A stretch of DNA of 64,000 nt. Origin: Geosiphon pyriformis uo1. Lineage: Eukaryota; Fungi; Glomeromycota. The notes beneath the pieces are model-generated. The model was given only the letters and a program-made list of their open reading frames with translations. It searched no databases and was not told the DNA's origin. Position 1 is the stretch's first letter. Every line of letters starts with the position of its first letter. The translations under genes were made by a program, and so were the position numbers. The stretch covers positions 437,222-501,221 of the forward strand of contig JAAOMT010000659.1 of assembly GCA_016748015.1 (NCBI GenBank), written 5' to 3'. Below, one piece after another: positions 32,369 to 44,986 of this stretch.

Positions 32369-35300
32369 ATGTCTCTCTTACTACAATATCAAAAACAAAT
32401 TCTCAGCGAACTTTTACTCGAAGATGGCTTATTGTTATTATCTAGAGGCCTCAGACTTCATGAAATCACTTGTTTTTTTATCAAAATGTTTTGCAAGCCA
32501 GAATGCTTAGTTCTATTGCTAAACCTTTCCCCAAAGGAGGAACAGAGTGTAAAAGAGAGGTTGGCTGAATTGGGTATCACTGACCCAGGTCTCAGGGTCA
32601 TTACTAATAACACTCCACCAGATGAAAGGTTTGTGTCTATGGCAAGACTAGTCTTTTGAGACGTTGGGAGAGGAGTACTTGTAAAGAAATATTGACCTGC
32701 TACGATATAGATTTGTGATAATGAACCAAAATAGTCTGTATAATCTCTGATTATATCATTCTCAATAAAATCCCGTAAAAAAATGACCAAACAAAATCAT
32801 TTTCTCAATTGCTTCCAATCTTACAAATGTTCAAGGTTGAGATATTTGATTTGTCAACCGATTATTTCATAATCAGACGCGATTTTCTTATGAAATTATC
32901 GTGTTGCCATAACCCATGACCCATTCAGACGCCCTATTTATTTAGCTGGCGGCATTCTTTCGATTACCTCTCGAATCCTCATCGTCGATCTATTAACCAA
33001 AAATATCCCTACCAATTTGATCACTGGTATTTTGGTGTTTCATGCAGAAAGGTAAAGAATTATCGGTTTTTACAGATATGAAAACTAATTTTTAAGAAAA
33101 TCAATGAAAAAAATGATCAAATATGACTCTATTCAAAGAGTCACGGAAACTTCTACAGAAGCTTTTATCCTGAGAATTTATCGCCAAGAAAATGAGGTAT
33201 CATGATTAAAGAACCTGAGCATCTCTTCGATTTGGAATTGTTGGGAATAATTGATATAGATTCGCTGCGTAAAGAAATAATATTAATATCTTGAGAAAAA
33301 CCAAAATTGCTTACTTTCAGCTTGGATTCATCAAAGCCTTTTCTGACTCTCCCGAATCATTTTCGATGGGTTTATCTCCCCTTCAAACTGCTTTGCGCTT
33401 TCTTAACCTACGCAAAGTATTCTTGTGGCCACGGTAGAGTTTCGTCATCATTTTTCCTCTTAAATCTTTTACATTATCTTCCACTCCTCATTATTCGATT
33501 AAACGGGGATCCTAGTTTCCATGTCACCATTCAGCAAGATCTGGAGGAACAACCTGCGGAAGTAATTGAGGTACAACAGACATTGTCGGAAGCAATGATT
33601 GGAATACAAGGAGGGATTATTGAATGTATGGATGCCTGTTTATCCGAAATCAGACGATCGAATCGTTGGGTAATATTAAATTGAGGGAAAAAATCAAACA
33701 TTTATAATATTTTCATATTCAACATTTTCAATTTTCATAGATTGATATTGATGAATTCACTGTTGAGGATGCAATGGCTAAATCCTTTGATCAAATTGTC
33801 CGCATGCAACTTGACCCATTTTGGCATCGTGTTAGTCAAAAAACCAAGCAATTAGTCGGAGATCTCACTGCATTAAGGAAACTCCTATCGTAAGTGATTG
33901 TATATCTCTTCCTTACCCTCCTTCAATCGAATTTCCTGATAAACATCTCTTTTTATTATTTTTTAAAATAGATATCTTGTCAGTTATGATTGTGTTACCT
34001 TTAATAGTTTTCTAGAAACAATATTGGCTGGTAACATTACAACATCACCTTTTAGTCAAAAACAAACATCACCTTGGCTGTTTATGGATTCTGCAAATAC
34101 AGTCTTTGCCGTAAGTATCATTTGTTTAATATATTTTTGTTACTTAAAATCTCTTCACAATATAACAAAATCATCAGCTTGCCAAGCAACGTGTATATGT
34201 GCGAATACCTGTGGAAGAGGAACTTCATGATCAACAATCTAAAAAATTCGACTTGCCACCTGGTATTTCCCCAGTGCTAGAAGAACAACCGAAATGGAAA
34301 TTATTAGTGGATATAATGAATGAGATTGAACATGAAATTGAACTTTCCGCCCAATCAAAATCTTTAGGTAATACTTTGGATTTAAATTTATGTCAAATTT
34401 TGCCCAAATCTCAAATACCGGTTCCTTCTTTTCAAATAGATCACGATGACAGTACTATTCTCATTATGACGGAAAACGAGAGAACCTGCGTCCAATTACG
34501 GGAGTATCTTTCAACCAGACTAGATAGTCTTGAAAAAACACAAGGCAGAGGGTGGCCAATGCTCAAACGTTTGTTAAAAAATTATTTTAAGTGGAAAAGT
34601 GGGATCGCAATGGTTAGCAGAAGTTTGCAGCAAACTATTCCTACTAAATCTACCTTAGAAAACGGGAACAAATCTGAATTTGGTAATATGCAATCAAGTA
34701 TGCCATCCATTTGTTACTAATGTCAACACCGGTAACTAATATGTCATTCTGTCTTGGGAAAAGCCATAAATAAGGCAAAAACAGCCAGTTATCAACGCGG
34801 GCAGCAACCACCTAACAAACGTAGACGTGTTCGTGGAGGGTCTGTAGCAGCTGCCATTGGTTCAACTCGTCCTACTCTCACCACTACCATTACTCCCTTA
34901 GCTATCGAAGAAGAAGTTAAAGAAATCGCTAAATAGTATACCACATTTATACCTTCATTAAGCATGTTCACCTTAATTTTGTCCGAATAAGTTGCTTACT
35001 ATTATTTCAATCTAATTTTTGGAGTATCGATTCGGGATTTTCAGCTGCTCAAATTGAGCAAGATGAAAATTCAGCGCAATCAACCACCTCTACCGCGATA
35101 TCCCAAGAATCTTATGATGATTGTGACGAATCAGACACTGGTTTATCTTCACAGTTCTTCGGTTTAATCCCAAAATCATCTTTGGTCGTGATTCGACCAT
35201 ATTCTGGTGAGGCAGATGATAGAATGTTGCATGAGTTGAAACCCAGATTCATCATAATATATTGTCCGGATCCTGCATTCGTGAGACGAATAGAGGTGAG

Positions 35301-36763
35301 GAACTGTTGAACCTGTTTAATTTGGAAATTTTCGAAATCATCAATAATTTCAAAATTAGGTCTACAAAGCCACTAACCCTGGTATGGCTGTGCGGGTTTA
35401 TTTTATGATTTATGAGAACTCGGTTGAAGAACAGCGTTATCTGACGTCTATAAGAAAAGAGAAGGAGGCTTTTGAGAGGCTTATTCGCGAAAAATCGGCA
35501 AGAATCTTTTGTACCATCCTTTGCAATGAGTCTCATTACTTTTGATGATTACAAAAGATTCTGAGAATGGCTTATTTTTAAACAACAAGGGAATGGCTTT
35601 GTCGATAGGCTCAATGGGCGTTACATTTGCGGTGCCAGCTGAACGAACAATCAACACGCGTATTGCGGGGGGCCGATTGATCGAAGGAACTTTATCAAAA
35701 TCCAAGGTAACATTATTCGGGACAATAATAATTCAGACAGCAGTTTTTTATCTTTGATTTATTCTTTCACAAAATTATTTGGCTTCATTAGATCATCATT
35801 GATGTTCGTGAATTCCGAAGCGCACTTCCATCTATTATACATGCTTACGGCGTGGAAATCTTTCCATGTACATTGCAAGTTGGTGATTACATATTAACGC
35901 CATCTATGTGCGTTGAACGGAAAAGTATCTCAGATTTGATAGGATCTATGATTTCAGGGAGATTGTTGGTATTTTCTTCTCTAATCACATGATTTTAAAT
36001 TTTCATAGTTAATATACTCTCTTGAATTTAGATATGCCCAATGTGAAGCAATGTCGATACACTATAAACAGCCGATATTATTGATTGAATTTGATCACAA
36101 CAAGGCTTTCACCTTAATGGTATTTCATGGCTCATCGTGCGTTTAGATTCTTATACTTTCCAGATCAATCTCACGTTTGCTGTCGTAAATCGATGGGAAT
36201 AGGCGGTTTCAGACATTAGATCTGATATCGGTGCCAATGATCTATCTTCTAAACTTGTGTTGCTCACCCTAGCTTTTCCACGTCTTAAAATAATATGGTC
36301 ATCAAGTCCGTACGAGACCGTCAAAATATTTAAAGATTTAAAGGTAGATTTCCTCCTAAAGAATTTTAAACTTGATTATGGGCGAAATTTAATGAAGTAC
36401 TCTCTTTCATTAAGCAATCACACGATGAACCAGACACGGATAAAGCTATGGCTATCGGCCTCGAGGAAGGTGAACAGATTGAGTCGGCCTACAACCTATC
36501 ACCCCAAGTATTTTATTGATCCTCGAATATATTCATTCAATTTTACACCATTTAAAGCTAACAACACCTGCTTTTTACGTGAATAGGATTTTCTCCGCGC
36601 TTTACCCGGCATTACATCCAAGAATTATAAACGCGTAATGTCCCAAGTTGAAAATATTAAGGAATTAAGTGAAATGCCACCCAAAGATTTACAGACATTA
36701 ATCGGACAAGAAAATGGGAAAGAGCTATACGAATTCTTCCGTAAGGACGTACGGGCAATATGA
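32369..36763 (+). CDS. RAD1: XPF/ERCC4 structure-specific endonuclease (Rad1/Rad16 orthologue), many exons
   Basis: [84 protein letters not shown], and a C-terminal HhH (LPGITSKN). Stop at 36761-36763. Confidence 0.95.
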
Positions 36764-37052
36764 ATTGGAGTAGTGAAACACTATCAGTTAAATTTTCACC
36801 TATGATTCATATTTTTCTTGAAAAAATTGAAAAAAGTTCAACTGGTAGTAAACGAAAATCATCTATTTGACGGAGAAATGAATGATCAAACTAAATCATA
36901 TTTTGTGTTCTGATAGACGTATTATATTTAAAAATGAATCTCAATTTCTAATATACTCCCATAATCATATTTGACAATAAAAAATTGGTAACAGGATCGG
37001 GAAGGTTTGGATTCTTTGAAAAGTATATTGCAATGTGATGGTTAGAATTTGA

Positions 37053-37921
37053 TTAACGAGTTTTGGTAGCAACTTTTCCTTGAGCACCACGCGCTTGTTG
37101 TTTCGAGATCTTTGGCTGTCCGCGCGAAGAAGCCACCGCAGCCTATATAAAGGGAATCATCAATGAATAGTTTCATTTATCTTCAAAAAAATAAAACACG
37201 CATAATCATTCGCAAATTAAACAAACTTTTGCTTTGTCAGCTTTCCTTTTTGACTGTTCAGCTTTCTTTTTTTCTTTTGCTTCACGTAATGCAGCCTGAC
37301 GAGCCGCTTCACGCACTTCTGGTTTCTGATTACGTTTCGCACGTATCGCCTCCCAAGAAGCACCGACAATAGCACGTTGATGTTTTACTGTACGACGTGT
37401 ACGTTTTTTGGCTACTTCCTCGGTGATACCTTTGCGGTGCATACGACGATAAACCGTTGTCCAGCTGATCTTTCGTGGATTCTTCCGTTGAAGGAATAGG
37501 GACTCGGTTTTGGAGCCGACAAAACGGAACACCTTAAGTTATACATGATTTCCCGAGAATGAGAGAGCAGTTTTCAGAAATATTAAAAATCAAATATTAA
37601 GTTTCGTTTCTATCTTTCATCAAGAAAAATACAGCTTCTTAATAAAGTCTTCTTCGTAAAGGAGAACATTAATATAATGATGTTTCATTCCTCATAATTA
37701 GGGAGGTAAAAACACTCCCTCCAATAAACACACCCTATTATCTGTCCGGACATAAAGTTTCCCCTTGCCCGGATAGATCTTGAAGCCTGAGAAGGAATCG
37801 ATTTCGATCCTAAATTTTGAAATTATTCGCAAGTTTTAATAGAAATTTGCAAAAGTGCTGTCAAACATCCTCTTTTGAGCAGAAAGTCAAATTAACAATG
37901 AAAGATTTATACGCACTTCAT
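37053..37921 (-). CDS. RPL24: 60S ribosomal protein L24 (eL24), 4 exons
   Basis: MK|[25 protein letters not shown]|[22 protein letters not shown]; ends GKVATKTR*. Confidence 0.97.
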
Positions 37922-38106
37922 TTCAAGCGAAATGTGTGTAGGAATGAAGAAATATTTTGAGAACAGATATTGATCCAACTTATTTTTTTCACTGGTCAGA
38001 TGTTAACCCAAAGAATGCTTCCTGATTGGTTATAGAGGAAGGTTGATCATGATAAAATTAGACTATTAGAAGGAACAACGTTTTGCTTTTCAAAAATTTT
38101 TAAAAA
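37922..38106. promoter_or_regulatory. 185-bp divergent RPL24/ABD1 intergenic region with CCAAT box
   Basis: Head-to-head ATGs; TCCTGATTGGT at 38020-38030. Confidence 0.7.
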
Positions 38107-39723
38107 ATGAGCAACCCAAACCGCTCCTCGAACCGTTCTAAAAGAAAGCATGATGAAGATGGTTTTTCAGATTCTACGCCAAACCATAATTTCTCTCGTC
38201 CGCAAAACAGGCACCATTCCAAAAACAACCAGTTTTCCCACCCTTCTCCCTCAGTCTATTCAACCTCCTCGACCGTTGAATTTGAGGCAAGGCCTGGCTA
38301 TAATAGGGGTGCTCGTGAAATACCTTCCCAATCCCACTCTAATTTGCCTCCCCGCAAAGCTCTCAAAAATCATGCAGCCTCAACTCCACATGACAACACT
38401 GCCGTAGTTGCCCAACATTATAATAGTAAACCTGACGTTGGAATTGCCCTTCGAAATCTATCTAGCATAGTTTTTTTGAGAAAGTTTAATAATTGGGTTA
38501 AAAGTGTGCTAATTGGACGATATGCACAACGTGGAATCACAGTGCTGGATATGGGATGTGGCAAGGGTGGTGATTTGCTCAAATGGAACAAGGCCAATAT
38601 TGCTCGGTTGATTGGGATAGGCAGGCATCTCAGTTTTACTCTACAAAGTTAATTTTTATTTTCTTCTGATCATAAAATGTGATTTTTAGATCTTGCTCAA
38701 GTATCAATTGAACATGCTCGTCAACGCTGGAATGAAATGAGAGGTATGAAAAAAGGAATCAATCCTCAAGGCAGCATTTGTCTTTTGAAATAAGAATCTT
38801 GCTAACAAGAGAGCTTTCACAATTAGTTCGAAAATTTGCAGCCGAATTTCATACTCTGGACTGTTTCTCGGTATGGCTTCACCAATCTCTCAAAGTAACA
38901 TTTGGCAGATTTGGTCTCACTAAATTTTAATGTCATCTATTTAGTATCCAATTTCTACTAAAATTGCCCGTAATGAAGAATTTGATGTTGTTAGCATGCA
39001 ATTTTGCTTGCACTACTCTTATGAATCCGAAGAGAAGGCACGAATGGCCTTAAAGAATATCACAGTCAACCTAAAACGAGGTGGAATTTTTCTTGGAACT
39101 TTACCAGATTCTAACTGGATAGTGTATGTCATCTCATGAACCTTATATTGTTATTTGCATGGGTCACAACATTCATATCCAAGCAATTCTAGGAAAAAAC
39201 TAAAAAACCTTCCATCGAATACACTTGAATTTGGGAATTCTATTTATTCTATACGATTTGAGCAAAAAGAGGAGTACCCGGAATTTGGGCATAAGTATTG
39301 GTTCGATCTCAAAGAAGCCATATCAAATTGTCCAGAATATTTGGTTCGATTTGCTCACTTTGAACAGTAAGTTTCTAAAGCTCAATAAATTAATCAATTC
39401 TGTTGACTCTTTTTTTCTAAATATATCGAATTCTTTAGGCTAGCTAGTGAATATGGGTTGAGATTAATTTACAAAAAAAGGTTTCACGATTTGTACGACG
39501 AGGCCAAGGAAGAATCAGTATTCCGCGATCTTTTATATTCAATGCGAGTGATCAACCCAAACATGGGTGAGATGTCAGAGGAGGAATGGGAAGCTGTTGG
39601 TTAGTTTTTTTGAAGCCATTTTCTGTGATATTTTGCCACCTTGTTAATATTCATGATCTTTGATTTTGTTTAATGGGATTCATAGGCATATATATTGGAT
39701 TTGCTTTTGAGAAAGTGCGATAA
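38107..39723 (+). CDS. ABD1: mRNA cap guanine-N7 methyltransferase, multi-exon
   Basis: [89 protein letters not shown]. Confidence 0.96.
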
Positions 39724-40088
39724 TTTTCACCAGGTTGGGTGAAGCATTCGATGTAAATTGCCTTCTTGGATCTGTATTTGTATAGATTGAGAACTTTAGA
39801 TTAAGTAATAAAAATTATAGTAAATATGAGTATGTTGTACACTTAGTAGCCCGCAAAATGTGACGATCTTTGTCGTTTCCTAGTATTTAACTGTTCATAG
39901 TTAGTACAATTCTAAATATCACATTAAAAACTATGATTTACCGATGATCTTTTGATTCACTGAAATAGCTGTGTGACCTTTAGCAAACAGTAAAATTAGA
40001 AAATTAAGCTCGGAAATAAGCTTGTTCAGTTTATGCCTTGTACCATCCCTTTCTTTTGTTATTTAGACTGAACCACAAATTTGTATAG

Positions 40089-43000
40089 ATGGTTGCCCAG
40101 AATTTCAGGCATTTGGCAGCTCAAGGTCGATTCTTGCACACTTTTGGCTACACTCGCTACTTTCTTGCCAGCCCTATATCTCGTCATACCTCAAAGGATA
40201 GTAAATTAGCATTCCCAGGGAGTCAAAAGGGACGAGCTTACTCGTCCGCTGCTGCCACTAGTTTGCTCTTGGGACACAATTATCGCCCTTCTATCATCTA
40301 TAAAAAACGCCGCCCAGCTTTAGCTGTTACAAAATTTCAAGTTCGTGACCTCAGTTTCACAACAATTCCTAGATTTATCTTTCATGCTATGCGAATTCCA
40401 GTGGCTGGCGTGACCGCTGGAGCAGCTGGCTTGACTTATGCAAACTATAAATTAGGGGGTATGAATAAAATTTGTCTATATCAAATGAATTCTTAATGAA
40501 TCTGCATTATAATCTCTTTTCTTTCTATGTTTGGTTGAAAATATAGACATTGCCAATAAATCACAGAATTGGTTGAATTCTGTAACAGACGGAATAAAAT
40601 CTACTTTTGGGGCTTTGGGTGATGGAATCAGTTTTGATCTTCCAAAACTTGATTTGCGATTGCCAGAATTCTTTTCAAATTTGTTTTCGCCTAGCAACTC
40701 CAATGCGTCAGTTCTGCCCAATAAACTTCAAATGGATTCAGATCGACCTCGATTTATTAAAAAAGAGGATGAAAATTCAAATGATAGTGGCTCTTCAGAA
40801 AAAAGTGGTAATGGGATGGTAGTAGCTGCAGCCACTGGTACGGCTGCTTTGTTTGATAGGGAGGAGGGTGAAGAAGAGGAGGAAGAAACGGAATCCTCGA
40901 ACGCCCGACGCCTTGGTGGTGCTCATGATGATCAATTTATGTTGCTTACCAGGAAATTGATCGAGGTTCGAAATATTCTAATGAGCATTGATCATAACGA
41001 AGCACTTCGACTACCGAGCATCGTAGTGATTGGGAGCCAGAGCTCGGGCAAGAGTTCTGTGCTTGAAGCTATTGTGGGTCATGAATTTCTTCCAAAGTAA
41101 GCCACTCTCATTTAAGAGGTCCCTGAACAGATGATCCATATTTTTAACTAGGCTCTTTATTGTAGAGGGTCAAATATGGTTACACGTAGACCAATTGAAC
41201 TAACTTTAATCCATACTCCCAAGTCAAAAGAGGACTACGGGGAATTTCCGCAACTTGGCTTAGGAAAAATACATGATTTTAAGCATATTCAACAAACGCT
41301 TCGAGACCTTAACTTAGCTGTACCTGAATCAGAATGCGTTTCCAACAAACCCATCGAACTACGCATTTATTCCTCCAATGTCCCTGATTTGACCTTAATC
41401 GATTTGCCTGGATATATTCAGATCAACAACAAAAATCAACCAGAAACCCTGAAAGATAAAATTTTCGAGTTATGTGAACAATATATTAAAGAGCCCAACA
41501 TAATATTAGCGGTCTGTAGTGCTGATGTGGATCTTGCCAATTCAGAGGCATTGAAAGCAGGTCGTAAGGTAGATCCCTTGGGCCTTCGGACAATTGGTGT
41601 GATTACAAAAATGGACTTGGTTGAGCCAGAGGTGGGTGCCGGTATATTACGTAATACGGACTATCCTTTGCATTTGGGTTATATTGGTGTTGTATGCAAA
41701 TCACCCGCAACCACGAGTGGCCAAAAGAACATTAGTTCTGCGCTGATTCGTAATGAAGAACAATTCTTTCGGAGTAATTACGTATATAGTCAGCGTGGGA
41801 TTGAGGTAGGAACTGCTACTTTAAGACGAAAATTGATGGAGGTCTTGGAAGAAAGCATGGCAAAGTCATTATTCTCAATTGTTGGTGCTGTTCAAACCGA
41901 ATTGGAAGAGGCACGATATCAGTTCAAAGTCGAGTATAATGACCGGTAGGCGAAGATTTTATTATTGTGAGTAGCCTCTCGTTGCACAATAGGATTTTTA
42001 CCTTTTTTTTTGTAGGAGGATTACAGCAGAATCTTATGTTGCCGAAACAATCGACAGTATTAAACATAACTTTAAGGACTTTGCACACTCTTTCGGAAAA
42101 CCTCAAGTGCGACATGAAGTTCGAACAATGCTGGAACAAAGGGTATTGGATCTCTGTGCCGAATTGTATTGGACTGATCCCAAAATCACAGAGCTCCCCA
42201 AAGTTTCTGTAGACGATCTCTATTGGCAATACAAGTTAGATATGTGTTCGGCAGCCCTCACAAAAAGCGGAATAGGCCGCACAAGTACTCAGCTTGTGGT
42301 TGACGTTTTGATGGCCAATATGGAAAGGCTTGCTGGAATGGATCCATTAAGCAATCATCCTGCTACTAGCCGAGAAGTTTTAAATTTCAGCAATGAAATA
42401 TTACGCAACAAGTTTCACACAACAGCAGATCAAGTTGAAAATTGCGTTAAGCCTTACAAATATGAAGTTGAGTGCTCGGAACAAGAATGGGCGGAAGGTG
42501 TCAAAAGATCCATTAACCTTGTTGAAAAAGAATTGGATTATTGTGAAAAGGCTTTAAAAAACATTAAAAACACTATTGGGAAAAGAAAGTTGAAGGCAGC
42601 CATAAAATATATTTTGGATGCAGAAAAAGAACGTACAATTAAAGCCCGAAATATTTCTCATCATGTTCAAGAAAGCGAAGCCATTGATAGCAGTTATTCA
42701 GTATCATCTTCACCTCTTGTCTCGTCATCAGTGAGTGAGGAAGTGGATTATATGGAAACCAATCGATTACATTTTAATCCCAAATTACTTGAAAAGGCAC
42801 GTGAGTCTATCTTCTTACGCGACCGCTCAATCATACTCAAGTATCGGCTGGCAGCGTTAAAATCTCGACAGTGCAAATCTCCCGAGAACAAACAATACTG
42901 TCCCGAGGCTTTTTTAAACATGGTTGCTGAAAAGCTCACCTATACTGCAGTAATGTTTATACAAGTGGAATTGTTGAACGAATTTTTCTTCCAATTTCCC

Positions 43001-43282
43001 CGTGAAGTAGACAATCGACTTGTTTACGATCTTGACCGGAAACAAGTTTTGGCATTTGCGAAAGAGAATCCTCACATAAGAAAACATTTAGAAGTGCAAG
43101 AGAGAAAGAGAAAACTCGAAGAAGTAAGCAATCTATATTTTTTCTTACGATTGTTTATGTTTAGTTTTTAACCATTCTGTGCAATTTGTTAGGTGATGGA
43201 TAAGCTAAATTATTTGGTAAGGCGGCAGCGAGATATGGAGGGAAAAACTAAGCAATATAATAGAAAAGGGTCAGGATATTAA
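40089..43282 (+). CDS. MGM1: Mitochondrial dynamin-related fusion GTPase Mgm1/Msp1, 5 exons
   Basis: Basic presequence, hydrophobic [16 protein letters not shown] segment, [67 protein letters not shown]. Confidence 0.96.
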
Positions 43283-44986
43283 TAGGATAACTTAATAATA
43301 CATAATTTAGGTCATGTCCCATCAGACATACTCATGTATAGCAAAATAAATTTTTCAGAACAATGCGAATTTAGCACAACTCTCGTGAATACACGATATC
43401 CCTAATTTTCATAATTAGTAATGATGATCACGAATAACATGTCTTTCATCGAATCGAGTTCAAGTTGCTTGTGCAAGTATTCAATTGCTAGTTAATAACA
43501 TTTGAGAGTGTCTTTAGAAATTGAATACGAAAAATTTTTAGATTTAAAATTATTTTTTAGATAGAATTATACATTGGGAAAAGATTAATTTAATAATGAA
43601 GAACTAGGCGTTGAAAATAAGTTTTAGCATTATTTATTTATTAAAAAATTATATTATATTTATTTAGGTTATATTATATTTTAAAAAATTCTAGTATTAA
43701 TATTATTTACAAAGTTTTATTTTGTAAAACATATTGGTATCAAAATAAAAATTTATTTTGGTTAAACACAATAAAACTAATTATAATTTTATAAATAAGC
43801 TGTAAACAATTAATATAATTTTGGGTTTTATGTAACTGTTTTATTTTATATTTAATATTTTTAAATGTATATTTTGATTTAATTTTTTATTGCTATTTAA
43901 TTATATATGTATATATTAATGTTTTTGTTTGTATTATATTATATATTTATTATAATTTTACAATATATTAATATTAATATTAATAAACATGTACTTATTT
44001 TCAATTATTAAATTAGTTTTTAAATATATTTATTTTTAAACCAATTAATAAAAATTTAATAATTGCAAATATTGTTTTAAATTAATATTTTATTAAATTA
44101 AATTTGACTTATCAATATTATTTTTTAATTTTAGATAAAAAAACAAAACAAATTAAAATTTATTAAATTATTATAATATGATAAGCTAATTTGCAAATTG
44201 ATAAATTTTTATTAACTTTATATTTAAGTAAATATATATATAAATTTATTATGTTTAAATTCAATAATATATATACATAATTAATTGTTTAAATCACAAT
44301 TTTATATTTTGTACATAATTAAAAAATTAGTTTTTTTTGTTTTAATATTTAAGGCAATTAGTTTTTATGTTAATAAGTAAAACTTTAAATATTAATTCTT
44401 TTATTTTTATTTTTATTTTTTTAATTATTAAAATATTATAAATAATTTATTAATTAAATATTTTTAATTTTGTTATATCTTAAAAACTATAAAATACTTA
44501 TATTTTTTTCTTGGTAAATTTTCAAATTTTCAAAAGATAATAAAAAGTAAACAAAATATTTTTAGACTTTAATTATAGCTTTAGTAAAAAAATTTAATTA
44601 AATTTTACAGCTGTTTTTTAATAATAATAAAATGTTTACATGTTTTTTTATATGCTATTTTAAGTAAATTATATATACTAATTAATAATTAAAAATAACA
44701 AGTTTTCATAAACACAAACTTTATTTTATAAAATTTTACTTTTAAATTTTATATTTATTTAAAAAATTATTAAATTAACTTATCTTTTTTGCTAAATTAA
44801 TTCATTTACAACATATAATATTATTTAAAAAAAATAAAAAATAAACTCTTTTTCTTCTTTATCCCAAATTCCTAAAAAAGAGTCATATTTTGAAAGTAGT
44901 TTTTTGTTTTTCACTTGCTGTACCTCAACATTTCTCTTATAAATAATCTCTTTATTGTGGACTTGGAAGCTGCTTCTGGCAGTAGT

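Noticed and set aside
32700-32760. Possible intronic box C/D snoRNA in XPF intron 1
   Set aside because: Degenerate C box, only about 35 nt to CTGA, no recognisable guide.
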